Of a stretch of DNA of 32,000 bases, positions 1 through 9,487 are shown piece after piece (within the stretch, counting starts at the first letter, position 1; each line of letters starts with the position of its first letter). The stretch comes from Halomicronema hongdechloris C2206. Its GTDB lineage: Bacteria > Cyanobacteriota > Cyanobacteriia > Phormidesmidales > Phormidesmidaceae. The notes below the pieces were generated by a model. The model ran no database searches, was not told the DNA's origin, and worked only from the letters and a program-made list of their open reading frames with translations. The DNA is taken from the NCBI RefSeq assembly GCF_002075285.3, contig NZ_CP021983.2, forward strand, positions 3,330,001-3,362,000. Direction: 5' to 3'. The position numbers and the translations under genes were made by a program.

Positions 1-281
1 GCATTCCGCTTGTGGTGTATGGCTTTCAGCCAGGCTTCGCCAAGCGCGACAGCGGCTCCGCTCGTAGTGAGCGAAGTCGAACTGCAGGAGCAACCTGCCA
101 AACTACCGTCCTGGATCTGCGGAAGGGCTTATCGGTTAGTAGCGCTAGATCGCGTCGCATCGGCAAGGCAGCAATGAATTGTGAATTGTGAATTGTGAAT
201 TGAAGCCTTCTGCCCTCTGCCTTCTTACTTCCCCTATCTCCCCACCCTTCGACTTCGCTCAGGGCAAGTCTCCCTATCTCC
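1..281. repeat. Mosaic non-coding dispersed-repeat element, copy 1 (cut by the window start)
   Basis: Blocks at 6..17, 70..83, 105..178 and 203..240 match the reverse complement of 24459..24656. For example, ctgcggaagggc and gatcgcgYcgcatcggcaaggYagcaatgaatt are shared. Block 21..60 matches 24336..24375 in direct orientation at 37/40. The element lies just past the stop of the minus-strand ORF 282..920. Confidence 0.8.
175..202. repeat. Heptanucleotide tandem array (TGAATTG) x4 inside repeat copy 1
   Basis: Four perfect head-to-tail units were read directly at 175-181, 182-188, 189-195 and 196-202. Confidence 0.95.
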
Positions 282-920
282 CTAACCCATGGTGCTGATG
301 GTATTTTTCCAAGCCAGTTCCTTACACAGGATGGCTAGGGCTCGTTTATCCGTGTCTTGGAAAAGGCTACTGCTGACTAAATCTGATAGCACCTGGTAGG
401 CGAGTTGGTTGGCAAACAGCCCTCCAGCTCGGAGCAGGTGGGTGTAATACCTGAATTGACAATGACCGTCAGGACCTCGATGAAACTGGTAGATGGCTTC
501 GGAGGACATTTGACGGACGGGGGTATTGACTGGCACTACTACTCTAGGAATGCCGTGAACACCGTAGTTACCTTGGGCTCCAGATACCATGGTACCCACT
601 AGGATTACGCCTAGTAGGGTGCGGGTTTCTTGAATTAGATCGGGAGTGAACAGGGGGTCAGGTTCGCTGGACAGCCGAGGACCACTGTTGAGAAACAGGG
701 GATTGAAGAGTTGCGAGTTATAGACTAGTCCCACGGCCCAATGGCGTTGATCGTTTTCGAGGGCGACAAACTGGCTGAAGCCGAAGTCTTCTGGGGTAGG
801 GGCGGCGGTGACATCGGTAGCGTCATCCACCTGTACCACATAGTCACAGTGGGAATTTGACTTGACAACTCGGCCAATGCGACGTTTGGGGACGCAAGCA
901 ACGTCAGAAACAGCTGGCAT
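282..920 (-). CDS. Hypothetical protein, 212 aa, function unknown
   Basis: Long ORF with an ATG start at 918-920. It has balanced amino-acid composition and no competing ORF of similar size. It lies downstream of apcD on the same strand, after a hairpin. I do not recognise a named family. Confidence 0.7.
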   Translation of the reverse strand: MPAVSDVACVPKRRIGRVVKSNSHCDYVVQVDDATDVTAAPTPEDFGFSQFVALENDQRHWAVGLVYNSQLFNPLFLNSGPRLSSEPDPLFTPDLIQETRTLLGVILVGTMVSGAQGNYGVHGIPRVVVPVNTPVRQMSSEAIYQFHRGPDGHCQFRYYTHLLRAGGLFANQLAYQVLSDLVSSSLFQDTDKRALAILCKELAWKNTISTMG

Positions 921-1034
921 GGAGATATCTGAAGTGCAACGTTGGCCAGATAGCTGGGGGGATAGAGAGCAAGGTCCAGCTAGCGAATTTATTGGCTGAT
1001 ACTAACGCAACAAGGGGGAGCTACCAATACTAAC

Positions 1035-1056
1035 GAGGGGTGCGATCGCACCCCTC
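1035..1056 (-). terminator. 22-nt perfect palindrome centred on HIP1 (gaggggtGCGATCGCacccctc); probable hairpin terminator after apcD
   Basis: Perfect self-complementary 22-mer located 46 nt past the apcD stop. The trailing sequence on the minus strand (gttagtattgg) is only moderately T-rich. Confidence 0.4.
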
Positions 1057-1101
1057 TGCTGGGCCATGAGTTAACCGAACAGGCCCATTGTTAGGTTAGG
1101 G

Positions 1102-1587
1102 CTAAGCCATGGTCTGAATGATGTAATCGAAATAGGGTTCAGCCTCGGCGGCATCGTCATCGGACAACAGACCCAGGGATGCTTCCTTCAGGCAGCGGAT
1201 GGCCTCGACCATGCCAGGGACTGGTACATCTAGGGCGTTATACATTTCGCGTACGCCGACCAGGCCAATGCTCTCGATGGGCTGCTTGTCCCCCGCTAAA
1301 ATGCCGTAGGTCACCAGGCGCAGGTACCAACCATAGTCGCGAATGCAGAGAGCCCGTTGCTTCTGCCCATAGGCATTACCCCCGGGGGCAATGAAATCAG
1401 GACGGCGTTTCCAAAGTTCTTTGCTAGCTTGATCGACGACTTTTTTTTCGTTCTCAGCCAACGTTTCGGCGATGCGCATACGCTGCACACCGGTGTTCAA
1501 AAAGTCTCCAATTGTCTTGAGCTCGCCGCTAGTAGGATAGCGCAGCTCATCGTCGGCATTCAGGATGACTTGGCTAACGACAGACAT
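1102..1587 (-). CDS. apcD: Allophycocyanin alpha-B subunit (phycobilisome core terminal emitter)
   Basis: 161 aa. The N-terminus [24 protein letters not shown] and the segments [30 protein letters not shown] and PYFDYIIQ are as I remember ApcD. ApcA instead starts MSIVTKSI. Confidence 0.93.
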   Translation of the reverse strand: MSVVSQVILNADDELRYPTSGELKTIGDFLNTGVQRMRIAETLAENEKKVVDQASKELWKRRPDFIAPGGNAYGQKQRALCIRDYGWYLRLVTYGILAGDKQPIESIGLVGVREMYNALDVPVPGMVEAIRCLKEASLGLLSDDDAAEAEPYFDYIIQTMA

Positions 1588-2030
1588 AATTTATATGATG
1601 ACCGCGATGACTCTATATCGTTGATAGTTTAGCGACTTCGAGGGACTCAAGGGAAGTCATTTTCTCACCTGTCTTGGCTAGTCATGGGCCTAAGCTGCGG
1701 GAATTTGCCTGCGGATAAAGACACAAGTTCCTTGATTCCGCAATGGTTTCCTCTCATTCCCTGATAGAGATCAACAAGATGAGACAGTCAAGATTTTATG
1801 TAACGAAAATGATACATACACCCAGTCTAGGGCTGGCGCGCTTAAGGCTTTCGGATAAATTCCTCGGTTTAAGTTGGGACAGAGACTTAGAGACAGCGGC
1901 GCACAGGTGCATGCGCGGGTAATGATCTGGGGCTCGGCCCCCTTGTCCCGCCATCTTGGGGAGAACGATGGCAGCGAATCGTCACGTCTAGACTGGGATT
2001 AGGGTAGCCCTAGATTCAGCAGAAAAACCG

Positions 2031-3398
2031 ATGACAGCGTGGCAGCAGGGCAGCATAGTCGAGGTGACGATTGTCGATCTCAGTAACAGCGGTGATGGCG
2101 TTGGCCGCTGGCAGGGCCGGGTCGTATTTGTGCCCGATACGGTGCCAGGCGACCAGATTCGGGCGCGCCTGATCCAGGTGAAATCATCGTTTGCCCGGGG
2201 CAAACTGCTGCAACTGCTGCAGCCATCCCAGCAACGGGTGCGGCCGGCCTGCATTGTGGCCGACAAATGTGGTGGCTGTCAGTGGCAGCCGGTGGCCTAT
2301 ACGGCTCAGCTGGTGGCCAAGCAGCAGCTGGTGGCCGCAGCCCTCAGCCGCATCGGCGGCTTCCAGCAAGTTCCCCTCAGCCGTATTTTGGCGGCGGCCT
2401 CTCCCCTGGGCTATCGCAACAAGGCTACCTATCCTCTGGTGCGCTCACCTACGGGCCAGGTGAAGGCGGGCTACTACCGCAAAGGCAGTCATAAATTGGT
2501 GAATCTCAACCAGTGTCCGGTGCAGGATGTCAGGCTGAATCCATTACTGGCGGACATTAAAGCAGATATCCAGCAGCAAGGGTGGTCTATCTATAGCGAA
2601 TCCGCCCAACAGGGGCGGCTGCGTCATCTATCGCTGCGGATTGGCCGCCGCACTGGCCAGATGCTGGTTACCCTGGTCAGTGCCCAGCCGACGGTCCCGG
2701 ATCTGGAGCATTGGGCGGCTATCTGGCTGGAGCGTTATCCCCAGCTGGTGGGGGTCTGCCTCAACCATAATCCCGCCAAAACCAATGTCATCTTTGGCCC
2801 CACGACCACCTGCCTTGCCGGTCAGCCTTACCTGGAGGAACAGTTTGCTGGACTGTGGTTTCATATCACCCCTACCACTTTTTTTCAAATCCATACGGAG
2901 CAGGCAGAACGCCTGTTGGAGGTGATACAGACGGAGTTGGCATTACAGGGGTCGGAAACGGTTATCGATGCCTACTGCGGAGTCGGGTCCCTGACCCTAC
3001 CACTGGCGCAGCGAGCACAGCACTGCATTGGGCTGGAGGTGCAGCCTGAGGCGGTGGAGCAGGCGCGGCAGAATGCGGCCCGCAATGGCCTCACCAATGT
3101 GGAGTTCCAGGCTGGCGATGTGGGGCAGCTGTTGCCTCAGGTAGCCCAGACCTTGCCCCAGCCGCCAGCGGTGGTGGTGCTGGATCCGCCGCGACGAGGT
3201 TGCGATCGCACCGTGCTAGAGGCCCTGATTGCCCTGCGTCCCCAGCGCATCGCCTACATGAGTTGTAATCCAGCCACCCTGGCCCGGGATCTACAACAGC
3301 TTTGTCAGCAGGGCGGCTATCAGCTGCAGGCGGTACAGCCAGCCGACTTCTTTCCCCAGACCGCCCATGTGGAATGTGTCGCATTTCTGGTAGCGTAG
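2031..3398 (+). CDS. rlmD: 23S rRNA (uracil-C5)-methyltransferase, RumA/RlmD family (TRAM domain + Fe-S cysteines + SAM methyltransferase fold)
   Basis: 455 aa. It has an N-terminal TRAM-like segment (VEVTIVDLSNSGDGVGR), a cysteine cluster CIVADKCGGCQWQ, the SAM motif DAYCGVGSLTL, and the catalytic region LDPPRRG ... YMSCNPATLARD. Confidence 0.85.
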   Translation: MTAWQQGSIVEVTIVDLSNSGDGVGRWQGRVVFVPDTVPGDQIRARLIQVKSSFARGKLLQLLQPSQQRVRPACIVADKCGGCQWQPVAYTAQLVAKQQLVAAALSRIGGFQQVPLSRILAAASPLGYRNKATYPLVRSPTGQVKAGYYRKGSHKLVNLNQCPVQDVRLNPLLADIKADIQQQGWSIYSESAQQGRLRHLSLRIGRRTGQMLVTLVSAQPTVPDLEHWAAIWLERYPQLVGVCLNHNPAKTNVIFGPTTTCLAGQPYLEEQFAGLWFHITPTTFFQIHTEQAERLLEVIQTELALQGSETVIDAYCGVGSLTLPLAQRAQHCIGLEVQPEAVEQARQNAARNGLTNVEFQAGDVGQLLPQVAQTLPQPPAVVVLDPPRRGCDRTVLEALIALRPQRIAYMSCNPATLARDLQQLCQQGGYQLQAVQPADFFPQTAHVECVAFLVA

Positions 3399-3422
3399 AA
3401 TCGCCCTATTTCCTTGGCCGCC

Positions 3423-4460
3423 ATGAAGTTTAGCGCCCTGGCTCAGCACCTGGGTCCAGTTGAAGCCACCAGCCTCGCTCAGCCGCCCCAGCAGGACCCC
3501 GAGATCACTGGGGTCATGGCCGTCGATAGTGCCACCGCCGGGACTCTCAGTTACATTGAGGGGGACAAGTTCGCCGCTCAGATTGAACAAACGGCAGCCA
3601 GTGCCTTGATTTTGCCGACCGATGAGACGCTACAGGGGCGGGCTAGGGCCCGAGGCATCGCCTGGGTCAGCTGCCGCGATCCCCGATTGGCCTTTGCCCG
3701 AGCCATTGCCCAGTTTTATCGACCCTTTCGCCCCCAGCCAGGCATCCATCCCACCGCGGTGATCGATGCCTCAGTCACCTATGGGAAGAACCTATCAGTA
3801 GGCGCCCATGCGGTGATTCAGGCAGGAGTGACCTTGGGGGATGATGTCTGTATTCATCCCAATGTGGTGATCTATCCGGGGGCTAGCATCGGCGATCACA
3901 CCGTGCTGCATGCCAGCTGCGTCATTCACGAGCGCAGTCAGATCGGCCGCGACTGTGTGATTCACTGCGGTGCCGTGATTGGCTCTGAGGGCTTTGGCTT
4001 CGTGGCCACGGCCCAGGGCTGGGAAAAAATGGAGCAGTCAGGCCGAACGGTGCTAGAAGATGGCGTCGAGGTGGGCTGTAATGCCGCCATCGATCGCCCG
4101 GCGGTGGGGGAAACTCGCATCGGTCGCAATACTAAGATCGATAATTTGGTGCAGGTGGGCCATGGTTGCCAGGTGGGCGAAGCGGTGGCCATGGCTGCCC
4201 AGGTGGGTCTAGGTGGCAGTAGCCGCATCGGGCATCGAGTGCTGTTGGGGGGACAGGCGGGAGTGGCGAATCAGTCGCGTGTCGGAGATGGTGCGATCGC
4301 AACCGCTCAAACCGGGGTGAACGGCCATGTCGATCCCGGCCAAGTCGTCAGCGGCACTCCCGCCGTTCCCCACAAAATCTATCTGAAAGTCTCAGCCATC
4401 TACAGCCGCCTCCCAGAGATGTATCGACTCTTCCGCCGCCTGCAGCGGCACTCATCTTAA
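3423..4460 (+). CDS. lpxD: UDP-3-O-acylglucosamine N-acyltransferase (lipid A biosynthesis)
   Basis: Left-handed beta-helix hexapeptide repeats run throughout (IHPTAVID, IHPNVVIY, the GFGF motif at SEGFGFV). The ORF-track start at 3414 is TTG. The ATG at 3423 gives MKFSALAQHLG, a typical LpxD N-terminus. Confidence 0.92.
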   Translation: MKFSALAQHLGPVEATSLAQPPQQDPEITGVMAVDSATAGTLSYIEGDKFAAQIEQTAASALILPTDETLQGRARARGIAWVSCRDPRLAFARAIAQFYRPFRPQPGIHPTAVIDASVTYGKNLSVGAHAVIQAGVTLGDDVCIHPNVVIYPGASIGDHTVLHASCVIHERSQIGRDCVIHCGAVIGSEGFGFVATAQGWEKMEQSGRTVLEDGVEVGCNAAIDRPAVGETRIGRNTKIDNLVQVGHGCQVGEAVAMAAQVGLGGSSRIGHRVLLGGQAGVANQSRVGDGAIATAQTGVNGHVDPGQVVSGTPAVPHKIYLKVSAIYSRLPEMYRLFRRLQRHSS

Positions 4461-4923
4461 CTGGGAAACCACGTCATCGCCCTCAAGCCTGTCCCGGGGC
4501 AGTTCTAATTCCCAGGAGCACTGCTCCCAGATATCCCTAGCTCCCCATCCCTGGACTCCGGTGCTGGGCTGACGGTGTCTATAGCCCAAGAAGCATGGCC
4601 AACACTAGAGCACAGCCTGTCTGAAAACCATCCCAGACCAGTCTCCCCCGCCCATGACTGATCGCTGAGCTGACGCCGCAATCTCCCTAGCAATTCCTAT
4701 CAACCACTTGACCGCGCGGCGCTTAACTTTTGCTTTACAATCTTGTCAATGTTACAAACATACTGCCGACGGCTAGCCAGGTTAGCCATCGATCCTCAAT
4801 CCAGTTTAATATCGCCGGGTCGGGTGACTTCAAGGCAAGACCCCTAGCGGTTACGTCAGCTGACCTCCGTAATAATAGTCCCTTGAGTCCCTGCCATTTT
4901 TTGACCTCCACTACGAGGCTCCC

Positions 4924-6513
4924 ATGAGTATCGGATACCTAGCTCTGGTTCTGCACGCCCATCTACCCTATGTTCGCCATCCCGAGAGTGACTTTGTCTT
5001 AGAAGAAGAGTGGTTGTTTGAGGCCATCACCGAAACCTACGTGCCCCTCCTGTCGGTCTTCGAGGGCTTAAAGCGAGATGGCATCGACTTCAAAATCACC
5101 ATGAGCATGACACCGCCCCTGGTATCCATGCTGCGGGATCCCCTACTGCAGGAGCGTTACGATGCTCACTTGGCCAAGCTGGAAGAGTTGGCAGAAATGG
5201 AAGTCGAACGCAATACCCACAACGGCCACCTGCGCTACCTGGCAGAGCACTATGCCAACGAATTCAACCATGTCCGTCAGGTATGGGAGCGCTACGACCA
5301 CGATCTCGCCATCGCCTTCAAGCAATTTCAAGACAGCAATAATCTCGAGATCATCACCTGTGGGGCCACCCATGGCTACCTGCCCCTAATGAAGATGTAT
5401 CCCGAGGCGGTTTGGGGCCAGATCGAGGTGGCCTGCCAACACTATGAAGAAACCTTTGGCCGACCTCCCTACGGCATCTGGCTGCCTGAATGTGCCTACT
5501 ACGAGGGCCTAGAACGCATGCTAGCCGATGCTGGCCTGCGCTACTTTCTCACCGATGGCCATGGTATTCTCTACGCTCGGCCCCGGCCTCAGTTCGGTAC
5601 CTACGCTCCCATCTTCACAGAAACTGGGGTGGCTGCCTTTGGTCGAGATCACGAGTCTTCTCAGCAGGTCTGGTCTTCCCAGGTGGGCTATCCTGGGGCT
5701 CCAGAATACCGCGAGTTCTATCGCGACCTGGGCTGGGATGCCGAATACGACTACATCAAGCCCTACATCATGCCCAATGGCCAACGTAAAAACGTCGGCA
5801 TTAAATACCACAAGATCACGGGTAAGGGCCTAGGGCTATCTGACAAAGCCTGGTACGACCCTTACTGGGCCCGGGAAAAGGCGGCTGAACATGCGGGCAA
5901 CTTCATGTTTAATCGGGAACGCCAGGTGGAGCACCTGCACCACCTCATGCAGCGGTCGCCAATCATTGTGTCTCCCTACGACGCCGAACTCTTTGGTCAC
6001 TGGTGGTACGAAGGCCCCTGGTTCCTCGACTACCTATTTCGCAAGAGTTGGTATGACCAAAATACCTACGACATGACCCATCTGGCTGACTACTTGCAAC
6101 AGAATCCCCACCAGCAAATTGCTCGTCCTTCCCAATCGAGTTGGGGCTATAAAGGCTTCCATGAATATTGGCTGAATGAAACCAACACCTGGATCTATCC
6201 CCATTTGCATAAGGCCACCGAACGCATGATTACCCTGGCTCAGCGGGAACCGGTTGATGAGCTCGAATGGAAGGCCCTGAATCAAGCGGCTCGGGAACTC
6301 CTCTTGGCCCAGTCGTCGGATTGGGCGTTTATCATGCGTACCGGCACCATGGTTCCCTATGCCGTCCGCCGGACTCGCTCTCACCTGATGCGCTTCACCA
6401 AGCTCTGGGAAGACATTAACCAGGGCAAAATCGATGCCGGCTGGCTAGACAAGGTGGCGGCCATCGATAACATTTTCCCTTCCATTAACTACCGTACCTA
6501 TCGTCCCCTGTAA
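4924..6513 (+). CDS. Glycoside hydrolase family 57 protein (1,4-alpha-glucan branching enzyme type)
   Basis: 529 aa. The N-terminus GYLALVLHAHLPYVRHPE, the segment ITCGATHGYLPL, WLPECAY, and a C-terminal DUF1957-like region (SSDWAF) are GH57 hallmarks as I recall them. Confidence 0.88.
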   Translation: MSIGYLALVLHAHLPYVRHPESDFVLEEEWLFEAITETYVPLLSVFEGLKRDGIDFKITMSMTPPLVSMLRDPLLQERYDAHLAKLEELAEMEVERNTHNGHLRYLAEHYANEFNHVRQVWERYDHDLAIAFKQFQDSNNLEIITCGATHGYLPLMKMYPEAVWGQIEVACQHYEETFGRPPYGIWLPECAYYEGLERMLADAGLRYFLTDGHGILYARPRPQFGTYAPIFTETGVAAFGRDHESSQQVWSSQVGYPGAPEYREFYRDLGWDAEYDYIKPYIMPNGQRKNVGIKYHKITGKGLGLSDKAWYDPYWAREKAAEHAGNFMFNRERQVEHLHHLMQRSPIIVSPYDAELFGHWWYEGPWFLDYLFRKSWYDQNTYDMTHLADYLQQNPHQQIARPSQSSWGYKGFHEYWLNETNTWIYPHLHKATERMITLAQREPVDELEWKALNQAARELLLAQSSDWAFIMRTGTMVPYAVRRTRSHLMRFTKLWEDINQGKIDAGWLDKVAAIDNIFPSINYRTYRPL

Positions 6514-6607
6514 GGGCCCTTGGGTAGGTGAGTATGCCTGTTCTCTACCCAGCTTCCCGTCCCTACTGCCCAAATCATGGTAGGTAAGGCCTGCTAGGCT
6601 ACCTCTG

Positions 6608-7204
6608 TCAAGGGTGAGTTGTGGAATTCTCCAGTAAAAATGCCAAGGCTCGGCGCATATACTCTGCAGACTGCTCAGCGTTGGATTCAAAAATGACCAG
6701 CCGGTAGAGCAGGCCGGTCATCAAATCGCAGATCATGTCATTGTCCACAGAAGTGGCCAACTCCTGGCGCTCCTTGGCTCGATCTAAGACTAGGGAGGCT
6801 ACGCGGCGGCGGGGCAAGACATACTTTTTCCAATAGATATCGGCGAACTGAGGGCTAGTCGACGCCAAGCTGATAATCATGGCTAGGGTCTGCCGCCCCA
6901 GGGGGGATAGGTCCGACTTCACTGCCTGCTGCAAGATATCGTCTAGATCAGACCAGAGATTTCCCGTGTCTGGCACCCGAAACTCAGGACGATGACGAGT
7001 CAGAGCCGTGGCGACTAGATCCTCTTTAGAGTCGTAGCGGCGGTAAATGGTAGTTTTACCCACCTTGGCTCGCGCTGCCACCCCCTCGATGCTGAGGCGG
7101 TGATACCCAATTTCACCTAAGAGATCTAGCGTTGCTTGGACAATGGCCTCCTCAGCCTCGGTGCTACGAGGACGACCAGGAGATGATTTTGTACTATGCC
7201 CCAT
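6608..7204 (-). CDS. TetR/AcrR-family transcriptional regulator, divergent from the efflux operon
   Basis: The HTH region is IVQATLDLLGEIGYHRLSIEGVAARAKVGKTTIYRRYDSKEDL. The ORF-track start at 7255 is GTG, and the internal ATG at 7204 (MGHSTKSS) is preferred. The start position remains uncertain. Confidence 0.88.
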   Translation of the reverse strand: MGHSTKSSPGRPRSTEAEEAIVQATLDLLGEIGYHRLSIEGVAARAKVGKTTIYRRYDSKEDLVATALTRHRPEFRVPDTGNLWSDLDDILQQAVKSDLSPLGRQTLAMIISLASTSPQFADIYWKKYVLPRRRVASLVLDRAKERQELATSVDNDMICDLMTGLLYRLVIFESNAEQSAEYMRRALAFLLENSTTHP

Positions 7205-7461
7205 GGGTTTCAGACTATCGGCTAGCGAATGATGATTGGTTGCTTGGGGCTCCACCCGCGCGAATGACTTCGTTCTCCTGGATATCGAGTCTTGATAGTG
7301 AGATGCTGTAAACTTTGATGAATCAGACTGACCAGAATTGACAGACGTAGACTGCTATAACGCCCCAAAAACGGGAATCTTTCCCCTGGAGCTTGAGATT
7401 GACTATTTGTATCTAGGAAATACATAGACTTCTAAGCCGAAGGAAATGGGGGAAGGAAAAT

Positions 7462-7569
7462 ATGCTTAGTCATCTTATCAAACCCCCTTCCCTATTCACT
7501 GCCGAGGTGCTTTGGGTCGCTATCGTCAGCTCTCGTCTGGCCAGATTCTGGTTGACAGACTATTGGTGA
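7462..7569 (+). CDS. Possible 35-aa upstream ORF (MLSHLIKPPSLFTAEVLWVAIVSSRLARFWLTDYW) in the efflux control region
   Basis: The ATG is preceded by a purine-rich ggaaggaaaa. The stop overlaps the first base of the 7569..7597 inverted repeat. It is short and no family is recognised. Confidence 0.2.
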   Translation: MLSHLIKPPSLFTAEVLWVAIVSSRLARFWLTDYW

Positions 7570-7597
7570 AACGATACGCTACGAAAACGTATCGTTT
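7569..7597. promoter_or_regulatory. Perfect 10-bp inverted repeat AAACGATACG-N9-CGTATCGTTT, either a candidate TetR operator or an attenuator hairpin
   Basis: Read directly. It lies in the gap between the divergent tetR and MFP genes and is followed by aaatttcc. Confidence 0.4.
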
Positions 7598-7920
7598 AAA
7601 TTTCCTTAATAAAAGCGACTTTACCGCTAGGCAGGTATTGTCTTATAGGCGTGTAATGCGTCAGGTCTGAACAAACCTTGGCGAATCCCCTTGCCCGTCA
7701 AAGGCTATCGGCTCCATACCCCTCTTAGAACAGTGGGGTACATTATGCGATCGCATGGGGCCGCCGCCAGATCGCTCAGACGTTATCCCAGGTGTCGGTA
7801 TTACCGCCCGAGGTTCGCTATCGCTTCGGTATGTCAGCTAGGATAGTCTGCCCAGTCTTCGTGTTCCTAGCATGAGTCCGCTCATGAGTCCGCCATAGCA
7901 CCCTTAATCGTAGGTCGAGA

Positions 7921-9291
7921 GTGCCCATGGTTCCATCCTCCTCTTCCTCCAGTTATTCAACCGCCATTGACGCCACAGACACCGAAGACCACGCTGCTGG
8001 TGCATCCCCCTGGTCACCCCGCCGCCATCCTTGGTTGGCCTTAGGGGGCTTAGTGCTCCTGATGGCAGGGATGGGATTTTTGGGTTGGCGCTGGTGGCTA
8101 GGACGCCAGGGAGCGAGTCAAACTGCTGGCATGGGCCAGAGCCAGGGGATTCCAGTCAAATTAGAGACCTTAACGACTGCTCCGGTCAGAGACTACACCG
8201 AGTTTATCGGTGCCCTAGAGTCCCGGCAGTCTGTGGTGCTGCGGCCTGAAGTCTCGGGGCGGGTTGTCAATATCTACATCAACAATGGTGATCGGGTCAC
8301 GACGGGGACGCCACTAATTCAGCTGAAGCCAGATCAGGCCCAGGCCGATCTGGCCAGCCGTCTGGCTACGGTGAATTCAGCCAGAGCCCAGCAGGCCAAT
8401 GCCCGCTCCGAAATCGAAGCCCTGAGGGCTGAACGAATTGCCCAGCAAGCTGAACTGGAGCTGCAGCAAGAAGACTATACTCGCATTGCCCAACTGGTGG
8501 AACAGGGAGCCCTGCCCCAGCAAGAACTAGATCGGGTGGAGCGCGATCGCAACGCCGCCCAAGCTAACCTAGAGGCCATTGAGCGTCGTATCCAAGCTGC
8601 CCAAGCTACGCTTGAGGCAGCCACAGCCACCCTAGAGCAGGCCCAGGCCAACGCCAACCGAGCCCAAGCTGATCTGCAAGCAACAACCGTTAAGGCTCCC
8701 TTCGACGGCATCGTTGGTGATATCCCCGTGCGTCTCGGAGACGTCGTCAGTAGCAACGATATCCTCACTAGTCTGACTCAGAATCTCTCCCTCGATTTAC
8801 GTCTATCAGTGCCCATCGAACAAGCTCCCGATTTACGATTGGGACAGCCGGTGGAGCTGACCGATAATCAAGGCAATCGCCTTGGTGCGGGGCAGATTAG
8901 CTTTATTTCTCCCACCGTAGACAGTGATGCCCAGACGATTTTGGCAAAAGCCACCTTTGCCAATGGCGATGGTCGCCTACGCAATGGCCAATTCGTCAGG
9001 GCCCGCCTAATCTGGCAAGAGCAACCTGGCCTCACCATTCCCGCCACGGCTGTCAGCCGCATTGCCGGTGAGCCCTTTGTATTCGTAGCCGCATCCCCTG
9101 AATCCTCTGATGGACCTGATTTAATTGCCCGACAGCGCTCGGTTAGCCTGGGCGATCTCAAAGACAACCGCTACCAAGTGCTGTCTGGTCTAGCGGCAGG
9201 AGACCAAGTCGTGGTGTCAGGGATTCTCAATCTCTCGGACGGGGCTCCGATCATGCCTCAGACCACATCGGCAAACGGGGCCACCCCATAA
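7921..9291 (+). CDS. Efflux RND periplasmic adaptor (membrane fusion protein, HlyD/AcrA family)
   Basis: 456 aa. It has an N-terminal TM anchor (WLALGGLVLLMAGMGFLGWRWWL), a long coiled-coil hairpin (AQQANARSEIEALRAE ... LEQAQANANRAQADL), the motif KAPFDGIVGD, and a C-terminal beta-barrel. The start is GTG at 7921 or ATG at 7927. Confidence 0.9.
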   Translation: MPMVPSSSSSSYSTAIDATDTEDHAAGASPWSPRRHPWLALGGLVLLMAGMGFLGWRWWLGRQGASQTAGMGQSQGIPVKLETLTTAPVRDYTEFIGALESRQSVVLRPEVSGRVVNIYINNGDRVTTGTPLIQLKPDQAQADLASRLATVNSARAQQANARSEIEALRAERIAQQAELELQQEDYTRIAQLVEQGALPQQELDRVERDRNAAQANLEAIERRIQAAQATLEAATATLEQAQANANRAQADLQATTVKAPFDGIVGDIPVRLGDVVSSNDILTSLTQNLSLDLRLSVPIEQAPDLRLGQPVELTDNQGNRLGAGQISFISPTVDSDAQTILAKATFANGDGRLRNGQFVRARLIWQEQPGLTIPATAVSRIAGEPFVFVAASPESSDGPDLIARQRSVSLGDLKDNRYQVLSGLAAGDQVVVSGILNLSDGAPIMPQTTSANGATP

Positions 9292-9487
9292 CCCTGACAG
9301 CAGTTCGTAAGATTAGCCCTGCTCCCAACCATTTCCATGAGTTATCGCCACGCTCTGCAGTTAAGGGACGACCTCGGCCCCAGCGCTCCCCGGCTCTCTT
9401 ACCCTTGGCAACTCTAAGTAGCGTCATCTACGAGAGCGGATTGTTCCCGTTTCTGTCCCGATTACGGCTCTAGCCCCTGAGATCTCT

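Noticed and set aside
175-202. Possibility that the short tandem arrays (also 24294..24323 and 24503..24557) are CRISPR arrays
   Set aside because: The units are 7 nt and directly abut each other with no spacers, and no cas genes are present. These are microsatellite or STRR-like arrays, not CRISPR.
4505-4927. ORFs 4505..4693 (-) and 4730..4927 (+) in the lpxD to GH57 gap
   Set aside because: Both are short, show no motif or family resemblance and have no ribosome-binding site. The second runs into the GH57 start. They are more likely promoter or 5' UTR sequence.
7222-7425. 67-aa minus-strand ORF just upstream of tetR
   Set aside because: It overlaps the extended GTG-start version of tetR in another frame and lies in the regulatory gap. 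Nothing about it is recognisable.
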